Assembly: GCF_004010195.1 (NCBI RefSeq)
Contig: NC_057728.1
Span: forward strand, 46,241,081 to 46,305,080
Origin: Chiloscyllium plagiosum
Lineage: Eukaryota
Direction of reading: 5' to 3'
DNA: 64,000 nucleotides
Positions 12,191-25,150 of this stretch are shown here, one piece after another. A program made the translations under genes and the position numbers. The notes beneath the pieces are model-generated. The model ran no database searches and had not been told where the DNA came from. It saw only the letters and a program-made list of their open reading frames with translations. How positions within the stretch are numbered: the stretch's first letter is position 1; each line of letters opens with the position of its first letter.

Positions 12191-15009
12191 GTTACAAAAT
12201 CAGAATTTTAAAAAAGCAGAAAAAATACCAGAAAAGCCAAAAGCTAAGAAAACAACCAGATCTTAAAGTCTAAAGACTTATCTCCACAAAAAGCATTTGG
12301 ATCACTCCCCCACCCTTGCAGGCATCTAGGGTAGCCATGGTCTGGTGTCTAGGTAAGCCTGCAAGATCTTGTGCCTGCCAATCAAATTAATTATCCGACT
12401 ATGTATCCTCTGAGAGTGAACACTCGGCAATCAATTGTGATGAAATAGTGCCAAAGATATTAATCTCACTGGATAAAATCTCACTAGGGTTGGAGCCCTG
12501 ATTCTGAATTTTCTTTTGGATTAGTTTGCAACGTCAGTCCTTCCCAATACCTTTCAGTCTACCTATAAAATCAGTATCAATATCTGGGGAATAAATTAAG
12601 TTTGCCATCAATCAGAAGTATCTGCTCGGTTAAAAATAAAAGCCTTTTTCAATCTCCCCTTTCTACAGTGGTAATTTCTGTTTTCAATTGTATCCATCAG
12701 GACAAGAATATAATTTGAAATTGTGATCACATCGCCTCAAACATTAGCCAGACTTAGTGTTAAAGATTTAGTCAGCAGCAAAAAAATCAATTCTAGAATA
12801 AATTGCATGTGCTACAGGGTAAAATGAATAGTAATTTTCACACATCAGAAGTTGATAAGGCCTATTTTTTCTAATCATTCCCTGGAAGGCTAGGGACTTG
12901 GTTTTGTAATTTAACTGGCAAACGTGCCTAATAACAGACCAAATCAGGTAACAGGAAATATTTCTAGTGAGATGGTGTCCTATCACTTTTCAAGTATCAC
13001 TAACATTAGCAGAATGCATGCTTCTGATCCTTGAAAGTAATTTGCAACATATAAAAGCTAAGGGCTGCGCATTCCACATAATACCTTTTCTTCTGAGCAA
13101 ACAATGACTTTTCACAATCCCTCTTTTCTGACTATTAAGGCAGGCCTTCGCCCTCATTTCTCTGACAACCAGAACATTCGCATTGTAAGTATGATAGATT
13201 TCTGAATTCTGTAGGGTAAGAAGATTTGGGAGTTATGGAAATGGCAAAGCAAGAAATCATCAGACTGGATCCTGGACAAAGATCTGGATGACAAATGGAT
13301 TTAAGATGTAGAATAGGGACAGATCTGCCATGTCTCATGAAAGAATCATGAGCAATAGATTGAATAAATTTTCAAATGGATAGATTTGTCACAAGAAAAC
13401 GAAGAACAGCGACAGATCCGATGAGTAGCTCATTTAGAGAGCTGATTAATGTGCCTCTAGTCAAAAAGTAAAAGGTTTGAGGAAAAATATTGCAATCCAT
13501 GAGAAATTTAGTATGCTGTATTGGAAAGGAACAAGAAACTTCTTTTACATTTTATGTACAACATTTTTTTCTGTTCAGAATAAGGGAAAGTTAATGAGTT
13601 GATAGATTCTATTGCTTTCACTTGCACTAGATGAATCCTGTAATATTCACAGAAATGATCAGTCACTGCATTGGCTAAGCAAGTCTTTGAACTGAGAGGA
13701 GAACTTTTGTTGCTTGTGAGACTCAAAGATCACACAGTAGCATTTCGGCAACTAAGAAACCTATCAACGATGTTGATAGAAGTTTGAAAATCTCTTCCAC
13801 AGCTGATACTCAATCAATTATCAATTTTAGATCACTTTTTGTTAATCAAGAGATGTGCGGCAAAAGCCACAACTTTGTCATGATCTTGATGAATGGTGGA
13901 ACTGTCTCAATGGGCTACCATGTCTGCTGCTGTTTCTAATCCCTGGGACTCTGCATCGATCATAACCGGTGTAAATTTTGGCTTCCTTACAGCACTGAAA
14001 AAATACATGAATAAAATCAGAGACGTAGATTATTTGCTGGTCTTCTTTCACTGTACAATGCATTTCTGCTCAGTTGATTGCTAGCAATTCATTGAGCTAT
14101 CCTTCTTAGCAATCATGCTGATGAAGTCAAAGTACTGGTCTCATATGCTGGATCACAACCTAGGAGGGAGTCTTGGAGACGTAGCCGGGATCTTGAAAGG
14201 TGGATTCAGACATGTGATGTAGCCCCATTGTTGCCTGTTCTATGGCAGGCCTGCCTCATTATGCATCAGTCAGCATTAATTTCCATTTAAACATCTCTAA
14301 TGGCAGTAGGACCTCCACAGGTTTTTTGCGCCAAGGATTGACCTGGGATGGGAGCAGGAAGGTGGCAGAGCTTCCACCCATCTGCCCAATTTAATGTTCC
14401 TGCTACTAATTGTGCCACAGATGAGGGCACTAGATTTCATACCTGTTCCAAGCGTGTTCTACTAATAATGCTGCATGGAATTATGCTGTGATGCAACCTG
14501 GTCCAATACATAAGCAGGGAGCCTACCCACCCATGCAGTATCGTTTGTAGCAGCATTTCAATGCTATTTGCTGATGTGTCTTTTTTATGCAAGTCTGTGT
14601 TTGCTATGTGTCCTGAAATTGGATTGGAGAGTTGTCCTGAGGATTGTAGGAGTTGTGAAATGTAAGGTCCAATGTCCATAGACAAGGTGTGTGTGTGTGT
14701 GGCTAATGTCCATGGAGCATGTCCTCCTCACAGACAAATGTAAGCTGAGGTACCTGCTCTGATTTTTATGTCAAGAACGTTCAATGTCTGGCTTGATCCA
14801 GTGTGTTTGATAAGATAGAAGCTGAATATTAATGAAGCAGTTGTGGCATTAGTAAGGTGCTTAACAAGCTATTTTAATTGGCAATTTGCCGCTGCCTCCT
14901 GAGACTCTCACCTTACGAATCAACACATGGATCAAAGACGCAATGACCTACCCTCAATGTCAAGCTAGGCCTTGCTGGACTTCTGATGTGATTCTGCCAT
15001 GAATTTTGA

Positions 15010-15196
15010 CAGACAGTTCTGCTATAATGCAGTAGTTCTATTTTCATGCAATCCTGTTCAAACTAATGGGACCAGAATCATGTTTTCGCCAATACATAGT
15101 TTAAAAATTCATGCTTTGGAAACAGTGTCCCCAATTCATCAATTGTGTTATAGCAAATTCGCATTAACGAGACATGCGTTATAGCAGACCGACCTA
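15010..15196. mobile_element. MITE, Tc1/mariner (Tigger/pogo)-like
   Basis: Imperfect ~22-bp TIRs CAGACAGTTCTGCTATAATGCA / TGCGTTATAGCAGACCGACCTA, right end followed by TA. Confidence 0.7.
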
Positions 15197-15924
15197 TATC
15201 CCCTACTGTTCAGGCTAAGACTCTGTGATTCTGAGGTTTCCAAAGATTTGACTCTTTGAATCCAATGTGAATTCTTTGGAATTTCTTGTCAGGACCAGAA
15301 ATCTAGGATAACTTCACATTTACTAAATAACCTGAAAGCCAAAATAGATAATAAACACAAAAATATGTCAAAAAATGAAACAGCTGTTGAGAAGAGAGAA
15401 TTTTTTTTTTAAAAATCCTGTACTGCTGTTAAGAAACTATAAAATACTGTATTGGTGTCTCATAAGCTTCTCATAGATTGAATGCTCGAATAGCCTTTTC
15501 TGGCAAAAATGTGCTGCATCCAGATTGCATGATTCTAAGCCAAAGAATATGTTATTGGTATAATCGGACTGAGTCACATTTTAAGTTGTCACAAAGCTAT
15601 ACTGTATCTAATTCCAAATCATTTTACATGTTTGGGTGTCAAGTGTACTTATATTAATATACAGCAATGGCCAAGGAATGAAATCAGCCCCTGTATTTGA
15701 TATAACGGACAGGGTGATACAAAATACTTGACTTCTTTTTTGTATTCTTGTCAGCAACAATTGTGAGATATAATAAGATGCTTTAAAAAAATCACTCAGA
15801 AGAAGCCCTCAAATTTTCCAATCGATAACTGTTTTCTTGTAAAAACAGACAACATTGGGAAAGCTCATCCTGTCAGACAGCATTCAAGGAAAAGCAAATG
15901 AGTGTTAACGGTTCAGAAGTACAG

Positions 15925-16180
15925 AAGCCAAGGACAGAAAGATCAGACTGGGAGTGGGATAGAAAATTAAAGTGATGAGCAACCAGAAACTTGCAATCAT
16001 GTTTGTAAACTGAACAGAGCTGTTCAGCAAAATCCCAAAACAACTTGGGATTGTCATTGGTCTGAACTGTTGACTTAGTTTTTCTCTCTCCACAAGTGCT
16101 GCCTGTCTTGCATGTGTTTTCTAACATTATCTGTTCTAATTCAGATTCATACATCTGCACATACTTAATTTCTGCTTAAC
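15925..16180 (-). mobile_element. Penelope GIY-YIG fragment with adjacent inverted pLTR remnant
   Basis: ORF 15873-16160 contains FAEQLCSVYKHDCKFLVAHHFNFLSHSQSDLSVLGF; plus-strand pLTR-like tail 16050-16180. Confidence 0.75.
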
Positions 16181-16426
16181 CATTGCATTTCCTCTCACCC
16201 AAGTGGGCCTCTTTTATTGCGAACTTTATCTCCAACTGAGATAAAGTAAATGATCATTACCCAATACTTCATTTGATCCTGCATCAATGGAGTATGAAGA
16301 TATTATGCCCTTGTCAGTTAATACTGCAGTCCATTAGCTTTTATTCATATCTCTTTGGAAGTGGGCACTTGACAGTGACAAAATATAATGACATGTATGA
16401 AATGACTCAAAAATGTTCACTTGAAA

Positions 16427-16540
16427 GTGAGGACTGTAGATGCTGGAGAGTCTGAGTGGAAAAGGGTGGCACTGGAAAAGTACAGCAGAGCAGGTGGCAT
16501 CCAAGGAGCAGGAAAGTCAATGCTTCTGGCATAAGCCTTT
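16427..16540 (-). mobile_element. Penelope pLTR fragment (family A), truncated within hammerhead stem II
   Basis: GTGAGGACTGTAGATGCTGGAGA...GCATCCAAGGAGCAGGAAAGTCAATGCTTCTGGCATAAGCC, reverse complement of the family A tail. Confidence 0.8.
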
Positions 16541-17044
16541 ATTATAATAATATACTATTATGTTAGGCATCTTCAGTTATGCCTGTGAAGTGGATGTCCA
16601 TCTCAGAATCCTCCTGAGGTTCCCAACATCACAGATGCCAGTCTTCAACCAATACAACTTACTCCACATGATATTATGAAACAGCTAAAGGTATGAGATA
16701 CTGCAAAGCTATGGACCCTGAAATCATTCAGCAACAGAACTGAACTAGCCAGACCCCTATCCTAGCTGGGTCAGTATGGCTATAACATTAGCATCTGCCC
16801 ACCAGTGTGAAAAGTTGTCCATTATCTTTCGCACAAAAAGTCAATTCAACTGTCTATCATCTCATCAGTGGACACTTAATCAGCAGCAAAGTGATGGAAG
16901 ATGTCGTTGACAATTCGAACAAATGGCATTTCATCAATAACTAGGCAGCATTTTACTGGATATGGCGTCAAGATGCTTCAGACAATGGGAATTGGTGGGG
17001 AAGAGAGGTTAATATTACCTTACACTGGCAGGAGTCATGAATAA

Positions 17045-17141
17045 GGGCCTTCCTGAAGAAGGGCCTGTGCCCGAAACGTCGAATCTCCTGTTCCCTGGAT
17101 GCTGCCTGACCTGCTGTGCTGTTCCAGCAATAAAGTTTCAA
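17045..17141 (+). mobile_element. 97-bp hammerhead-bearing Penelope-derived insert with perfect 16-bp TSD
   Basis: TSD CAGGAGTCATGAATAA at 17029-17044 and 17142-17157. Confidence 0.92.
17050..17083 (+). ncRNA. Minimal type-I hammerhead ribozyme motif, intact core
   Basis: TTC-CTGAAGA-A-GGGC(CTGT)GCCC-GAAACGTC-GAA: stem I TTC/GAA, 4-bp stem II, palindromic ACGT stem III, predicted cut after C17080. Confidence 0.8.
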
Positions 17142-18176
17142 CAGGAGTCATGAATAACACAAGGCAGATGGTTGTGACTTTAGGATGTCATTTAATTTGG
17201 TCAAGACATCTTTGTAGGAGTTTGTCATGGTAGTGTCCAAGACAGAACCCAATCATCATCCTTTGACTTTCAATGTCCTTACCACTGCTGGAGTCCCTCA
17301 CCATCAATGTCCAGGGGATTATCATTGATCAGAAACTGAATTGATGCAGCCATATAAGTACTGTAACTAGAAGAGTATGTTAGAGGCTTGAAATTGTGCA
17401 GCACATTACTCTAAACCTGACTCCTCAAATCCTATTAAGAATTTAAAAGGCACAAGTCAGGAGTATGATGAAATGCTCCCTATTTGCCTGGGTAGGTGCA
17501 GCTCCAGCAACAAGCTCAACACCATCCTGGTCTCCATTTGATTGATACCCCCATCTGACATCCTCAATATGCATTCCTTCCATCACTGACACAGTGGCAG
17601 TAGTCCATACCAGATACAAAATGCACTGCAACAACTCACCAAGGTGCCTTAGACTGTAGCTTCCAAACATGCAATCTCTATGGGATAGAAGAATAAGAGC
17701 AACTGATACATGGGAATCGACCACCTGCAAGTTCTCCTCCAAGTCACAGACTTCTGACTTGGAAGCATAACACTAATATTTCACTGTCACTGTATTAAAA
17801 TCCTTGAACTCTCTCCCTTCCTGCCAACAAGCAGTTAGGAAGGCACGTTGACTTTAATTACACGAGGGTTTGTGTACAAGAGCATGGAAGTCAAGTTACG
17901 GTTATACAGGGTCTTGATGAGACAACAATGTACATTTTTTGTCTCTTTACTGAAGAAAAGATAAGCTTGCCATAGAGTAATGCAACAAAGACTCCTTAGA
18001 CTGAATCCCAGGATGGAAGGTTTGCTGTTTGCGGAAAGATTGGATTGACTGCACCTCTGTTCACTGCAATGAAGATGAATGAGAAAGAATTTCATTGAAA
18101 CCTACAAAATATGGAGAGGACTGGACAGAGTGGTCGCAGGGATGATGTTTCCTCTTTGAAAGCAAGGGTCCTGGTT

Positions 18177-19795
18177 TTAGAATATAGAGTCATAGAGATG
18201 TACAGCATGGGAACAGACCCTTGGGTCCAACTGGTCCATGCCGACCAGATATCCCAACCCAATCTAGTCCCACCTGCCAGCACCCAGACCATATTGTTCC
18301 AAACCATTCCTACTCATATGCCCATCCAGATCCCTTTTAAATGTTGCAGTTGTACAAACCTGCACCACTTCCTCTGGCAGCTCATTCCATACCCTCTGTG
18401 TGAAAAAAATTCCCCTTACGTCTTTTTTATATCTTTCCCCTCTCACCCTAAACCTACGCCCTCTAGTTCTGGACTTCCCCACTGCAGGGAAAAGACTTTG
18501 TCTATTTATCCTATCCATGCCCTTCATGGTCTTATAAACCTCTATAAGGTCACCCCTCAGCCTCCGATGCTCCAGGGAAAATGGCCCCAACCTCTTTCTA
18601 TAGCTCAAATCCTCCAGCCATGGCAACATCCTTGTAAACCCTTTCAAGTTTCACAACATCCTTTTGAAAGGAAGGATACTAGAATTGCATGCAATATTCC
18701 AAAAGTGTCCGAACCAACATCCGATACAGCTGCAACATAACCTTGCAATTCCTGCACTCAATGCTCTGACCAATAAAGGAAAACATATCAAATGCTTGCT
18801 TCACTATCCAATCTACCTGTGACTCTACTTTCAAGGAGCTTTGAACCTGCACTCCATGATCTCTTCGTTCAGCAACACTCCCTAGGACCTTACCATTAAG
18901 TGTATGAGTCCTGCTAAGATTTGCTTTCCCAAAATGCAACACTTTGCATTTATCTAAATTAAACCCCATCTGCCACTCCCCAGCCCATTGGCCCATCTGA
19001 TCAAGATCCCATTGTAATCTAAAGTAACTTTCTTCACTGTCCACCACACCTCTAATTTTGGTGTAATCTGCAAGTTTACTAACTATAGCTCCTATGTTCA
19101 TATCCAAATCACTAATAGAAATGATGGAACATAGTGGACCCACCACTGATCCTTATGGCACTCCACTGGTCACAGGCCTCCAGTCTGAAAAACAACCCTC
19201 CATTACCACCCTCTGTCTTCCACCTTTGAGCCAGTTCTGTATCCAAATGGCTCGTTCTCCCTGTATTCCGTGAGATCTAGCCTTGCTAATCAGTCTCCCA
19301 TGGGAAACCTTGTCGAATGCCTTACTGAAGTCCATATAGATAACATCCACTGCTCTGCCCGCATCAATCCTCTTTGCTACTTCTTCAAAAAACTCAATCA
19401 AGTTCGTGAGACATGATTTCCCACACACATAGCCATGTTGACTATCCCTAATCAGTCCTTGCCTTTCCAAATACGTGTAAATCCTATCCCTCAGGATTCC
19501 CGCCAACAACTTGCCCACCACTGACATCAGGCTAACCGGTCTATAGTTCCCTGACTTTTCCTTACCACCTTTCTGAAGTAGTGGTACCATGTTAGCCAAC
19601 CTCCAGTCTTCCAGCACCTCACCTGTGACTATCGATGATACAACTATCTCAGCAAGGGACCCAACAATCACTTCCCTAGTTTGCCACAGAGTCCTAAGGT
19701 ACACCTGATCAGGTCTAGGGGATTTATCCACCTTTTATGCATTTCAAGACATCCAGCACTTCCTCCTCTATATTATGGACATTTTTCATGATGTG
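18177..19795 (-). mobile_element. CR1 LINE, 5'-truncated (RT to 3' tail)
   Basis: Minus ORFs 19153-19731 (WRLANMVPLLQKG, NYRPVSL, YMDFSKAFDKV), 18679-19146 (KLADYTK) and 18264-18647; (CTATGACT)-type tail. Confidence 0.95.
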
Positions 19796-19807
19796 GTATG
19801 TCATTTC

Positions 19808-19970
19808 CATAAGATGCTAAGAAATAGGAACAGGATTAAGCCATTGAGCCCCTCGAACCTGCTTCATCATTCAATATGATCAGACCTGATCTGACACGCA
19901 TTTCATATCCACTTTCCTGTGTTTTCCTCATAAGCCTTCATTCCCCACCTAATGAAGAATCTATCCATTT
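19808..19970 (-). mobile_element. CR1 3' end fragment
   Basis: CATAAGA...AAATAGGAACAGGA..AAGCCATTGAGCCCCTCGAACCTGC, reverse of a CR1 tail. Confidence 0.7.
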
Positions 19971-20043
19971 GGGATTGTGATTAGGAGAAATTTCTTCACT
20001 CAGGAATGGTGAACCTTTGGAATTCTCTGTCACACAAGACTAT

Positions 20044-20211
20044 ACAAAGTTAAAAAATTATACAACATCAGGTTATAGTCCAACAGGTTTATTTGGAAGC
20101 ACTAGCTTTCAGAGCCCTGCTCCTTCATCACAACCACCTGACGAAGGAGCAGCACTGGTGTTGCGTCATTTATAACGTTGTACATCTCTGTCCAACACCG
20201 GCACCTCCAAA
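20044..20211. mobile_element. Palindromic Penelope-derived element (family B) with opposed hammerhead remnants
   Basis: Minus TGATGA-A-GGAGC-AGG-GCTCT-GAAAGCTAGTG abuts plus CAACCAC-CTGACGA-A-GGAGC; imperfect TSD TCACACAAGACTAT (20030-20043) / TCACAAAAGACTGT (20212-20225). Confidence 0.8.
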
Positions 20212-22335
20212 TCACAAAAGACTGTGGAGTTGAAGTCTCTAAATATATTTAAGACAGAAGTTGGCTGATTTTGAGAAGCCAAAGGTACCAAGGGGTATGG
20301 GGATAGCATGGGAGCATGGTGTTTACATGGTCATGATGAATGGTGGAGCAGGTTGAATTGCCTACTCTGCTCCTATTTTCTATGTTTCTAAGATTCAAAC
20401 AGCACTCTGGATGTTCTGGCTCTTCATAGACTGCAACAGTTGATGAAGGCAACTCATCGCCACTTCCTGAAACAAAATTAAGAATGTGTAATAAATACTT
20501 GCTTAGCCAGCAATGCCAACAACCATGAAAGAATAGAAACAATCTGTATCATAAAAGAAACTAGTATGGAAATGCTAATCAAACACGAACTGTGATCCCT
20601 GCTAAATAGCTCAACAAAAGAAACAATAACATGATGAAAAAGATAACCTTTCCAAGTATAATTATAATTGTCAGTATGGTTTTTTGATGCATGGAGTTGA
20701 AACACGAAGGTCACAATATTCTCCTCATTAAACAGATCTACAATAAGCAAATTAACAAATACCAAGTACAAAAATCATTTGGCCAAATCTATGTTTCTAG
20801 ATGATCTTGAAGAAAAAGAAGCTGAAGTATGAGATTCATGCTGTTGCCAAATCTTCCAAAATCCTTTGCACATAACGAGATGAATGTCCAGTCAATGTCC
20901 TTAACAGTCACCAGTAATTTATCATTGAAAATGTGGAAATCTAGGTGTTGTACGCTCTCCGAAACATAATGTGAATTACTTGATTTACATCTTGATTCAT
21001 TGATAAATGAACACTCTGGCAACATCAAAGCCTTCTTAGACATACAGAAGCCCTCATACTGAACTGCGTAACGTTCAATATGTGTTATAACAGTTATCAC
21101 AACATTATCGATACATCCCCCACAATGAGCATCTCCTTTCTAGGATGGAATGCCTCCAGGAATCAACACAGCACTCTAAGTGCAGTCTGAACAGAGCTTC
21201 ATATAACTGGAGCACAGCTTCTAACCCTTTGCTTTCCAGCTTCTTTGATAGGTAGGTTAATATTCCACCAGTCTTTTTAATTAATTAGTGCCTGCCTACT
21301 TTTTTTTAAATTATCTCTGTACACAGACCCCTAAATCTCTCTGCCACTCCACAGTTTCAGGCTCCTCATCATTTCAAATACGTTATTCTGTGAATGCTTA
21401 ATGCATTTGTTTAAAATTCCTCTCTCAACTATTGTAACAAAGGACTTAATCTGTTGAGGTTTAATGCAATCAATGACTTGAGTAAACTAGCAGAGAAGGG
21501 AATTTGATATGAATGCATTATGCATTTGCATGATAACATAGTTATCAGACCTTTTCAGGGTTATACCTCTGAATTTTGATGGTTGACGCACAAATATTAA
21601 TGGCTCCTTAGAGAGTTTCTTGGCTCTAATTGTTTGTAACAATATAGAATCCGTGGGCGTGCTTTGAACAACTAACTGTCTGCTGCTTGCTCAGAATCAT
21701 AAAATTTTATGAAGGAGGTCATTCCGCGAATAGAGTTTTTGCCAGATTTCTGAAAATGCTATCCGCTTCCTTCTATATTCTGCTTCTGTTTCTCACCACA
21801 TTGTTTTAAGTGCCTTTAAAACATACACCCACTTGGAATGCTATGGACCCTGCTTTCATCCCTATTTCTGGTGGGCAATTCCAATTCAGAGCAACCTTCT
21901 GTTTATCCATTTTCCAGTAAAACGAACTCCAATTTTTACTCCTTGTGGGAACTTGAATTGTTTGCAGCAAATTCTTTACAGATCTTTCATCGCTTAATCT
22001 GCATTTTATTCTGGGCTTTGTTACAATCAGATGAAATGGGATGATTTGATCTCCTTGATTCAACTTCCTCAGTTGGTCACTAAAAGGTTTTGTTGTTTTT
22101 TTTGGCACAATGCTTTACCTCTCCCCAATTACAAAAATTGTAGGTAACTATTCTTGCTCCAATCAAAAAGGAAACAATCCATTGTGTCACTCTCCAGTAC
22201 TTCGTATTTTTCAATATCTTCCTAAGACCTTGATAGGTTTTAATGGGTAAAAACCTGGCTGTGGACTACAACAGGGGCAATCCATTTTTTTCAAAAAGTT
22301 CTCCTGATCTGTTAGAATTCTCTGTCATTTTTTTA

Positions 22336-22509
22336 CAGAGGAACCTCGATTATCCGACATTTGATTATCCGAAGTTCGGATTATCTGAACAAGATCGCAA
22401 GGTCCAGATGCTTGGCTAAACTCTTATCTGGCATTTGATTATTCGAACATTGAATTATCCGAACAAAATACTCCCCGCCTGTGTCGTTCGGATAATTGAG
22501 GTTCCTCTG
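22336..22509. mobile_element. MITE, Tc1/mariner (Tigger/pogo)-like
   Basis: TIRs CAGAGGAACCTCGATTATCCGA / TCGGATAATTGAGGTTCCTCTG, TA on both sides, internal GATTATCCGA repeats. Confidence 0.9.
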
Positions 22510-23517
22510 TATATAGATACTGGGATTTAAATCCCCTAATTTACATAACGAATTTCAGATTTATGACTTTGTTCCAGCAATATTTGTAATTGAGAAGTCT
22601 AATCCCTATGTGAAAACAGTTGAAGATGTCTTTGTGGACTATATATTAGAGTTGATGAATTTTAATGTTCAGATAATTAGCTTTTTCATAAACTTTTCCA
22701 TATGCCATTGTCAGTCTTAGTCATTAAACATTTCTTTGTATATTCCTGTGTGTTCCTATTTTCAAGTGAGGTCATTTGTGCAGCCATTTCAAAATGAACC
22801 AATTTAATTGTTTTTCTCTCAACCCCAAAGTCCAGGCTTTTGAATTATTTGGTGAGAATTTAAAGATTACTAGTTTGTACATTTTGCTAAATTAGAGATA
22901 TGACCCTAAAAAAAAGACCAAGTCTAAATGTTAGTTATGTAGAGGCTCTGTGTAGCCTCAGTTTAACTGGGAACTTTGTTTACAAATTAAAAGATTTGTA
23001 ACAACATGCCCTGCAATATATTATTCACATGTCTTCTGTAGCATTTAATTCCCTTGGATGCAGTCCTTTATACCAATATGGCAGTTATTAACTAAAGCTT
23101 TGTGATAAGGCAGTGTTAATAGGCCTTGCTGCATTCAATCACCTAAAGGGAAATAAATTTTCCACATTGTGCCACACCAACTCCCATCCCAGCTTTTCCC
23201 AATCAATTAGCCTCAAAACAATACTTTATTCACCTGCTGTTGTATCAACCTTCAAATTCAGGGACGTTAAACACAAAGCCATTATATTTGAGTCTGCCAG
23301 TTGGGGTAGAACTTGGAAATACCAAATCTCTGCTCTCTTTTTTTCGTGCATCAATCGAGGCATTGGATTTGGGATGCGTGATGGATAGGATTTAATAGCT
23401 TCTTCCACTGAAACAACATTGATTTCTTGCCCATTTTCCAAACTGTAAATGAGACCCACATGTGGAACAGTAAATTCAGTCCAATTATGATACAATGTAA
23501 ATAAATTAATCGATAGC

Positions 23518-25150
23518 TGTCACGATTATGATGAGGTCAGCCAGCTGGACCTCATAGAATATGAGTTCCCTGATTAGGGCTATTAATCTGGTCCAATCAG
23601 TAAGCCAATGCTGACAGATAGTGTCAGATGTCATGTGTCTCTGAGAGCTGACTCTGAGGGAGCTGGATCAGTGTCAAGGACTCTCCACATGTAAATAAAG
23701 GGTGACTTGGTGAGAGTATACTGGCCTCATAGAGTTATTTTAGTGGCAATGAGAAAAAAGCACACTCATGAAAAAATCAGTTCACAACAGTCATCTTTGA
23801 GTTGGAGTCAGCATTTCTCGAATCATTGAGAAGCTTGACTTATTCAATCCTGCTGTCGAAGATTGGGCCCAGTATGTGGAAAGAATACGTTACTTTTTCT
23901 GGGCAAATGATATTGTGGCAGATGGAAAGCAATGGGTAAATCTCCTGACAGCTTGTGGGCCCACAGCTTTTTTGGTTATTCTGAGCCTGACTTTCCCTGA
24001 GGAACCAGATACTAAAATCTTTCAAACATTGATGGATTTAGTTAAGCAATATTATGACCCAAACCTCCTCGAATTCGGAGATGCTGTCAGTTTTACTCGG
24101 CAATTAAAGAACCAGGGGAATCCGCATCGGGACTTTTGACTAGGTTAAGATGACTGGCAGAGACATATGACTTTGGGTTAACCCTTAATGAAATGCTGAG
24201 AGGCCAATTGGTATGTGGGATTGATGACAATAATAATGCAAAAGCACCTACTAGCTGAAGCCCAACTGGTCTTCAGACAGGCACTACAACTATGTCATAA
24301 TTAGAATATGTGGCAAATGGTACATTGAGTTATAGGGTATCCCAATGGAAGTGGACACCCTCGCCAGTCTGACTGAGCTTGGGGAACACCACTTGATTGA
24401 AGACAATCGCATAGCCTCACTCAGGACATATCCTGAACAGAGGGGCTCTAGGTCAGCCCACAGCAAAACAAAGGCCAAGTCTCAGCCAAACAGTTAAAAT
24501 TTTCTTCGAAATCTGGTCTGGCAAGCCATTGTAGTTGCTGCTGGTATATGGATTTGAGTTGGCAAAACAGTCCCACTAAACCTAAATGGAGTAAGAGAAC
24601 TCATAGGCTGGTATCCAGGACAGTGCACACACTGGAATGTCGGCCTACATCCAGTTTCGAACAGTGAAATTGCTTAGCAACATCCAAATGAGAACCAATC
24701 AAAATAAACATCTGGTTAAATGGTCATCCAATTCTAATGGAGGTAAATACCAGCATTTCAGTGATTGCAGAACAAGTCTTTAATGAATTCACTCTGGACT
24801 CCAGCACATAAGTTTGCACAAGACCTTGGCCAGACTGAGATTCTTTACTGAGTAAGGGTACAACTTCAGTTCTGGTCTCTTATTAGAAGCACCTGGTTCA
24901 GTCACCCTGATTACTGGGGCAAAATTGGTTGAGAAAGATTCACTGAGATCGGCTCAACATATTTCAGTTGGAAAATAGCTGTCTGAGTGAAGTCCTATTT
25001 AATAGCCAGAGGTCTTTCAGGAAGATCTAGAGACTATCAAAGGAACCAAGGCCACCTTGCATGTTGACCAGGAAGCACAATTGCACAATTGTGCAAGGCC
25101 TACCCAGTACCTTTTGCCTTGCAGGCAATAGTAGAGACACAATTCAGAAG
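23518..25150 (+). mobile_element. Gypsy (Mag-like) LTR retrotransposon 5' part: LTR 23518-23742, PBS, decayed gag, protease, RT start
   Basis: TG-starting LTR; gag-like ERIRYFFWANDI...LLTACGP...LVKQYYDP; protease PIKINIWLNGHPILMEVNTS (24695-24754, catalytic D replaced by N) and LLGQNWL; RT start TIKGTKATLHVD...PVPFAL. Confidence 0.88.
23744..23753 (+). promoter_or_regulatory. Primer-binding site, CpG-decayed (probably tRNA-Ser GCU)
   Basis: TGGCAATGAG one base after the LTR equals TGGCGACGAG with both CpGs mutated. Confidence 0.6.

Larger units (their letters stand above)
17820..20392 (+). mobile_element. Old CR1 3' fragment, interrupted (pieces 17820-18175, 19975-20043, 20212-20392)
   Basis: GCAGTTAGGAAGGCA...GGATGATGTTTCCTCT, then AGGAGAAATTTCTTCACTCAG...AATTGCCTACTCTGCTCCTATTTTCTATGTTTCTA tail. 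Confidence 0.75.
16605..20540 (+). mobile_element. LINE-A copy split by nested insertions (pieces 16605-17818 and 20395-20540)
   Basis: Collinear with 3650-5075; stops at CCTTGAACTCTCTCCCT and resumes at AACAGCACT...AATAAATACTTGCTTAGCCAGCAATGCC...GAATA. Confidence 0.75.

Noticed and set aside
14150..15000. GC-richer tracts (also ~10520-10850 and 58225-59190) resembling old non-autonomous DNA transposons
   Set aside because: No TIRs, TSDs or coding motif that I could define
18111..18740. 209-aa plus-strand ORF
   Set aside because: Antisense frame of the CR1 3' region
20478..21100. Two consecutive ~100-aa minus ORFs
   Set aside because: No recognisable domain, AT-rich composition, partly overlapping a LINE tail
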